From positions 787,183-851,182 of the forward strand of contig JBEPYN010000001.1 of the NCBI GenBank assembly GCA_041641305.1: 64,000 nucleotides of DNA, in the 5' to 3' direction. Position 1 is the first letter of the stretch, and every line of letters starts with the position of its first letter. Of the stretch, positions 60,303 to 64,000 are shown piece by piece. This stretch comes from Nitrososphaerota archaeon (lineage in GTDB: Archaea; Thermoproteota; Nitrososphaeria_A; Caldarchaeales; Caldarchaeaceae). The translations under genes were made by a program, and so were the position numbers. Under the pieces are notes generated by a model. That model had not been told where the DNA came from, did not search any database, and worked only from the letters and a program-made list of their open reading frames with translations.

Positions 60303-61146
60303 CGAGTTCACGGGAGCGGGTGTGAGGGTGGTGTTCATCGACAGCGGCTGCAGCCCAGACCATCCCCTCAAAGACTGTGTAAACCTCACCGAAACCTCAC
60401 GCATCGACACCGAGTCGCACGGCGCATATGTCCACGCTGTTCTCGCAACCATGCTCCCCGACGCCGAGTTCTACCTCATCAAGGTCCCCGACCCGCTCAC
60501 CGACAACCTCCTGATAACAGCCCTCAGCGAAGCCAGCAGACTCTGCCCACACGTCATCAACCTCTCGATAACAAGCGAGATCCCCAGCGACGGCACAGAC
60601 CCCGCATCAACCTACGTAAACCACGTGGCGCGTAGAAGTGTTGTGGCCGTTGCTGCGGGAAACGGTGGGCCGAAGATGATGAGCATCGGCCCTCCCGCCG
60701 TTGCCGAGAACGCTTTGACGGTTGGCGCGGTTGATACACGTGGAAGGCTGTGGAAACGCTCGAGCAGGGGCCCCACACTTGACGGCCGCTGGAAACCCGA
60801 GATAGTGGCTCCGACAGGCTACAAGCCACCCAACTCAGGTGAAGAGGTCTGGGGCACAAGCTTCGCAGCACCCATAGCCGCGGCCATCGCAGCCCATCTC
60901 AACAAAAGACTCAACAACCCATACACAGCAACCCGGATAATGATGCTGACAGCCACGTCGGTGAACCTCATCCAAACACCTACGACAACGCTCACAGGCC
61001 TCCGCAAAGCAGCGCTGATAAGAAAACTCGTCGCAACATGGCCCAGAATATATGATCCGAGAAATCTGGCGGGAATGGGGCTGGTTGACGCCGCGGCAGC
61101 GGCCAATCTCATGAAGCAGCTCGCCCAAGCCTTCTCAACGCTATAA
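60223..61146 (+). CDS. S8 subtilisin-like serine protease
   Basis: FIDSG (Asp), SHG (His), AAGN, SSRGPT.DGR.KP, GTSFAAP (Ser). Confidence 0.92.
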   Translation: MSTELVKGLGHGFEKALSLVKFPEVADEFTGAGVRVVFIDSGCSPDHPLKDCVNLTETSRIDTESHGAYVHAVLATMLPDAEFYLIKVPDPLTDNLLITALSEASRLCPHVINLSITSEIPSDGTDPASTYVNHVARRSVVAVAAGNGGPKMMSIGPPAVAENALTVGAVDTRGRLWKRSSRGPTLDGRWKPEIVAPTGYKPPNSGEEVWGTSFAAPIAAAIAAHLNKRLNNPYTATRIMMLTATSVNLIQTPTTTLTGLRKAALIRKLVATWPRIYDPRNLAGMGLVDAAAAANLMKQLAQAFSTL

Positions 61147-61159
61147 AACCTCAGGAGAC

Positions 61160-62059
61160 ATGGATGCCATGGTTTTCCGTAAACTCGTAACATACGGCGA
61201 AGAAACCACCTACGGCCAAACACCTGCAGATGTTTCGCGGTGGATTGGAGGCGTCACATCCTTCAGCGGAGGTGTGGAGCCAGTAAGCGAGGAAGTCCCA
61301 ACACTCTCGGGCGCCAGAGTTTTCCAAACACTTGTCCACGGCCTCGACGTCTCACCAGGCATAGAATTCTACATCCAGAACCCGCGGATACTCAAGTACG
61401 CGTTCGGCAAAGTCACGGACACAGGCGCTTCACCGCCCTACACACATCTCCTCGAGATAAAGGAGGATTATGAGCTGGCGTCCATCACGTTGGTGGAGCA
61501 CCGCCTCGGAGCAGGGGGCCACGGCTACGTCTACAACGGATGCCGCGTCGACAAACTCACGCTCAGCTGGGAAGAGGACAGCTTTCTAAAAGCATCGATG
61601 GACCTCAGAGCCACAAAAGTCACCAAGACAACAACCCTGCCCACACCACAGGAGGAGATAAAGAGCTTCTACAGCTCCTCATCAAAAACCGTTGAGATAA
61701 ACGGTGTCGAGATAGGCTACGTTGTCTCAGGCTCTGTCACGCTCTCAAACAACACCTTCGCCTTTCCACGCCTCGGCGACTTCCATCAGAAACATGTGGC
61801 GGGAAACGCGCAGCTCGAAGCAGAGCTTGAGCTCTACTATCTCGACAGCAGCATCGTCGACCTGATGATTGGCAAGACAAGGTTTGACGTGAAGGTTAGG
61901 TTCAGCAGAGGCTCTGACGACTATCTCGAGGTTAGGCTTGAAGACTGTGTCTGCGGCGTTGAGGCGGTGTTGGAGGCGGAGGGTGAGATGATGCAGACGG
62001 TTTCGCTCAAGCCATCCAACATGAGCATCCTCGTGGCAGACGACGTGGAGGCCTACTGA
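61160..62059 (+). CDS. Tail tube protein
   Basis: YGEETTYG.TP, PYTH, SIT, YNGCRVDKLTL pattern of tail-tube proteins. Confidence 0.8.
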   Translation: MDAMVFRKLVTYGEETTYGQTPADVSRWIGGVTSFSGGVEPVSEEVPTLSGARVFQTLVHGLDVSPGIEFYIQNPRILKYAFGKVTDTGASPPYTHLLEIKEDYELASITLVEHRLGAGGHGYVYNGCRVDKLTLSWEEDSFLKASMDLRATKVTKTTTLPTPQEEIKSFYSSSSKTVEINGVEIGYVVSGSVTLSNNTFAFPRLGDFHQKHVAGNAQLEAELELYYLDSSIVDLMIGKTRFDVKVRFSRGSDDYLEVRLEDCVCGVEAVLEAEGEMMQTVSLKPSNMSILVADDVEAY

Positions 62060-62063
62060 GAAG

Positions 62064-62420
62064 ATGTCGACACCTGTTCCGCCGCCCGATGAGCTGAAGA
62101 GAAAAACCTCGCCAGCCGAGCTTTTCAAGAAGTTTGAGGAGGTTGAGGTCTTTGGCCACAGGTTCAGGATAAGGCGGATGACGCTTGCAGAGGAGCTGGA
62201 ATGGTACGGCGAGAGGGAGAAGATGCTTGCCGAGAACGGTTCTTCGCAGGCGGAGAAGTTGGCGAAGGTTTGGGAGAAGCTGCTGCAACGGGTTGTCGAG
62301 AGCCCGCGTCTCGAACGCTATGTTGACGAGCTGCCCACACCCGTGCTGGCCCGCCTCATACAAGCCATCACAGAGCTCCACCTCTGGAACATGGATTTTC
62401 GCAGCTCACCGCAGGCCTGA
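62064..62420 (+). CDS. Tail assembly chaperone (gpG-like)
   Basis: Follows tail tube; FRIRRMT; ends just after slippery GGATTTT. Confidence 0.75.
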   Translation: MSTPVPPPDELKRKTSPAELFKKFEEVEVFGHRFRIRRMTLAEELEWYGEREKMLAENGSSQAEKLAKVWEKLLQRVVESPRLERYVDELPTPVLARLIQAITELHLWNMDFRSSPQA

Positions 62421-62572
62421 GACTAAACCATGCATACACCTATTTTCTCCTCGCCGAGAAATACGGCTGGACACACAGCCAAATCCTTAACCTCACAAGA
62501 ACAGAGGCCCTCTACTACCTATTAGCACCTGTCGCCTATGAGAAGGAGAGGAGAAGGAGGAGGATAAAGTGA
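62399..62572 (+). CDS. -1 frameshift extension (gpT-like)
   Basis: Open -1 frame with no ATG: SQLTAGL..LAEKYGWTHSQILNLTRTEALYYL..; its stop overlaps the next GTG. Confidence 0.7.
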   Translation, partial: SQLTAGLRLNHAYTYFLLAEKYGWTHSQILNLTRTEALYYLLAPVAYEKERRRRRIK

Positions 62573-62886
62573 TTAGGGTTTTGGGGGTTGAGAGGGCTTT
62601 GCGCGGTTTGGCGAAATTCGGCGAAGACGCTGTGAAGCATGTGGAGAAAATGTTGGCCGCAGCTGCTGTGGAATGCATGGAGAGGGCGAGGGAGAGCGCG
62701 CCTGTGAGAACCGGCCGGCTGCGTGAAAGCATCACGGTCTCGAGACATGGTAGGCTGGCCTACGTCGTCGAAGCCTCAGCCCCCTACGCAGGCTACGTCG
62801 AGTTCGGGACATCGCGGCAGCGTCCACGCCGCTACATGCAGACAGCCCTCCTCCAAACACTCCAAACCCTCCGCAGACAGCTATAA
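62569..62886 (+). CDS. HK97 gp10-like tail/neck protein
   Basis: APVRTGRLRESI, YAGYVEFGT, PRRYM. Confidence 0.88.
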   Translation: MIRVLGVERALRGLAKFGEDAVKHVEKMLAAAAVECMERARESAPVRTGRLRESITVSRHGRLAYVVEASAPYAGYVEFGTSRQRPRRYMQTALLQTLQTLRRQL

Positions 62887-62927
62887 CCCCAACCAAGATA
62901 TATCAAACGCCGTGAAAAAGACTACCC

Positions 62928-63467
62928 ATGCGCGTAAGCCCCGTCACCATCCTCGCAGTCTTCATCATAGGATTTTTCGCCGGATACCTCGTCTTCAACA
63001 GCACCGCTCCACAGCCCCTAACAACCACAAAAACAGTAACAACAGCAACCACAATCCGCGAAACATCCACAACAACAATCACGTCAAGCCACAGGGTTGG
63101 CGGAAAACCTGTCGACCTCGTGGCAACCGTTTACAGAATAGTCGACGGCGACACCTTCGACGCCTTTCCATCTGGGCGTGTGAGGCTCGCGGACATCAAC
63201 ACACCAGAGAGAAACGAGCCCGGCTACAACGAGGCGAAGGAGGCGCTGCGCAGCCTCGTAGAAGGCAAACAAGTCTTCCTCGACGTGGATAACGTAAACG
63301 TGATGGACAGCTACCAGAGACTCGTGGCAGTTGTCTACGTGCAGCACAACAGCACACATGTTCTCAACGTCAACCTCTGGCTCGTCACAAACGGCTACGC
63401 AGCCTTCCGTGACTTCAACAACGAGTTCAACCCAGCGACATGGAGCCTCTACACACCGTTTAGCTGA
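62928..63467 (+). CDS. Membrane-anchored thermonuclease (SNase-like)
   Basis: TM plus Thr-rich linker; VDGDT, VRLADINTPE, D.Y.RLVA, LV.NGYA. Confidence 0.9.
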   Translation: MRVSPVTILAVFIIGFFAGYLVFNSTAPQPLTTTKTVTTATTIRETSTTTITSSHRVGGKPVDLVATVYRIVDGDTFDAFPSGRVRLADINTPERNEPGYNEAKEALRSLVEGKQVFLDVDNVNVMDSYQRLVAVVYVQHNSTHVLNVNLWLVTNGYAAFRDFNNEFNPATWSLYTPFS

Positions 63468-63728
63468 TCACCTGTGGAGAAGCCAGCCGAGAAGCACTCC
63501 GTCGAGAAACTCGGCCACCCTCCTCCGCTTCTTAGCTTTTTTCACAACCTCTTCCCTGCTTTCCTCACGTGAAACCTCGTAGCCGAGGATTTTCGGACGC
63601 AGAATGCTGAACTGTGTCTGGCACTCGAGGCACTCGAAGCTCTGCGGAATACCTGCCTCCACTTTTGCGGGGATTAGGTTTGTTCCCCTGCATATTGGGC
63701 ATGCGACGGTTATCTTGACCTCTTTCAC
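63468..63728 (-). CDS. Small Zn-ribbon protein
   Basis: CPIC..CLEC; hydrophobic C-terminus. Confidence 0.6.
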   Translation of the reverse strand: MKEVKITVACPICRGTNLIPAKVEAGIPQSFECLECQTQFSILRPKILGYEVSREESREEVVKKAKKRRRVAEFLDGVLLGWLLHR

Positions 63729-63797
63729 GGGGTTTGTTCCGATGCTTTGGAAATAAGCTTTGCGCGTCGACTGTTTCTCAACCTGATAACAGTATTG

Positions 63798-64000
63798 ATG
63801 AAGTGGGCCTCTGTGCCGCTTCCCAATTTTTCTGTGAAGGTTTTGCTTGAGGCCGAGGATAATTTGGCGAAGACGCTTGCGTATGCACGGGCTCAGTTGG
63901 AGAGTTTGGGTGACGTGGGTGTGCGCGAGGCTGGGAGGCTTGGGTCTGCTTTCGACGTTCTCGGCTCGGCGTTGAGCAGGGCGTTTGGCATAGCTTTCTA
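63798..64000 (+). CDS. Probable tape measure protein N-terminus (runs off window)
   Basis: Open frame ..FSVKVLLEAEDNLAKTL..GRLGSAF..; Ala/Gly-rich helical pattern and position. Confidence 0.5.
   Translation, partial: MKWASVPLPNFSVKVLLEAEDNLAKTLAYARAQLESLGDVGVREAGRLGSAFDVLGSALSRAFGIAF

Larger units (their letters stand above)
51568..64000. mobile_element. Head-tail (Caudoviricetes-like) provirus or virus-derived cluster, continues beyond window
   Basis: Portal, HK97-type protease and capsid, adaptor, tail tube, chaperone, gp10-like and tape-measure-like genes; left boundary inferred. Confidence 0.88.

Noticed and set aside
47337-64000. Spacer self-targeting of the adjacent viral cluster
   Set aside because: No match found by eye within the window; needs alignment and the rest of the element

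Overview
Archaeal chromosome segment. Gene content (ATP-dependent ligase, Tes, TrmB, type I-A Cas, GGTGA-type RBS) fits a thermophilic TACK archaeon, plausibly Caldiarchaeum/Aigarchaeota-like; this is inference. In order: (1) housekeeping genes (lig, DUF131 pair, TrmB, QueT, membrane KaiC-like ATPase, tetraether synthase Tes); (2) an accessory stretch with a duplicated tes 3' end, three HEPN-MNT pairs (one dead), an ApeA-like HEPN protein, a membrane protein with a ubiquitin-like domain and IS remnants; (3) a Tat-exported Nitrospira/anammox-NXR-type Mo-enzyme operon with a Cys-motif HTH regulator, bracketed by two inward-facing remnants of one IS family; (4) a frameshifted Phs/Psr-type operon; (5) an SPFH/Zn-ribbon envelope-stress operon; (6) merA with an unannotated Cys-rich micro-ORF; (7) a complete type I-A CRISPR-Cas locus with a 36-repeat array, in which one 323-nt 'spacer' carries an RBS and a 102-codon ORF; (8) leuC; (9) from ~51.5 kb to the window end, a head-tail (Caudoviricetes-like) gene cluster with no integrase or large terminase in view. 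In that cluster the portal is transcribed divergently from the capsid/tail genes off a perfectly symmetric palindromic promoter, and there is a subtilisin in the tail module and a -1 frameshift tail chaperone. All family assignments come from motif recognition by eye; no searches were run.
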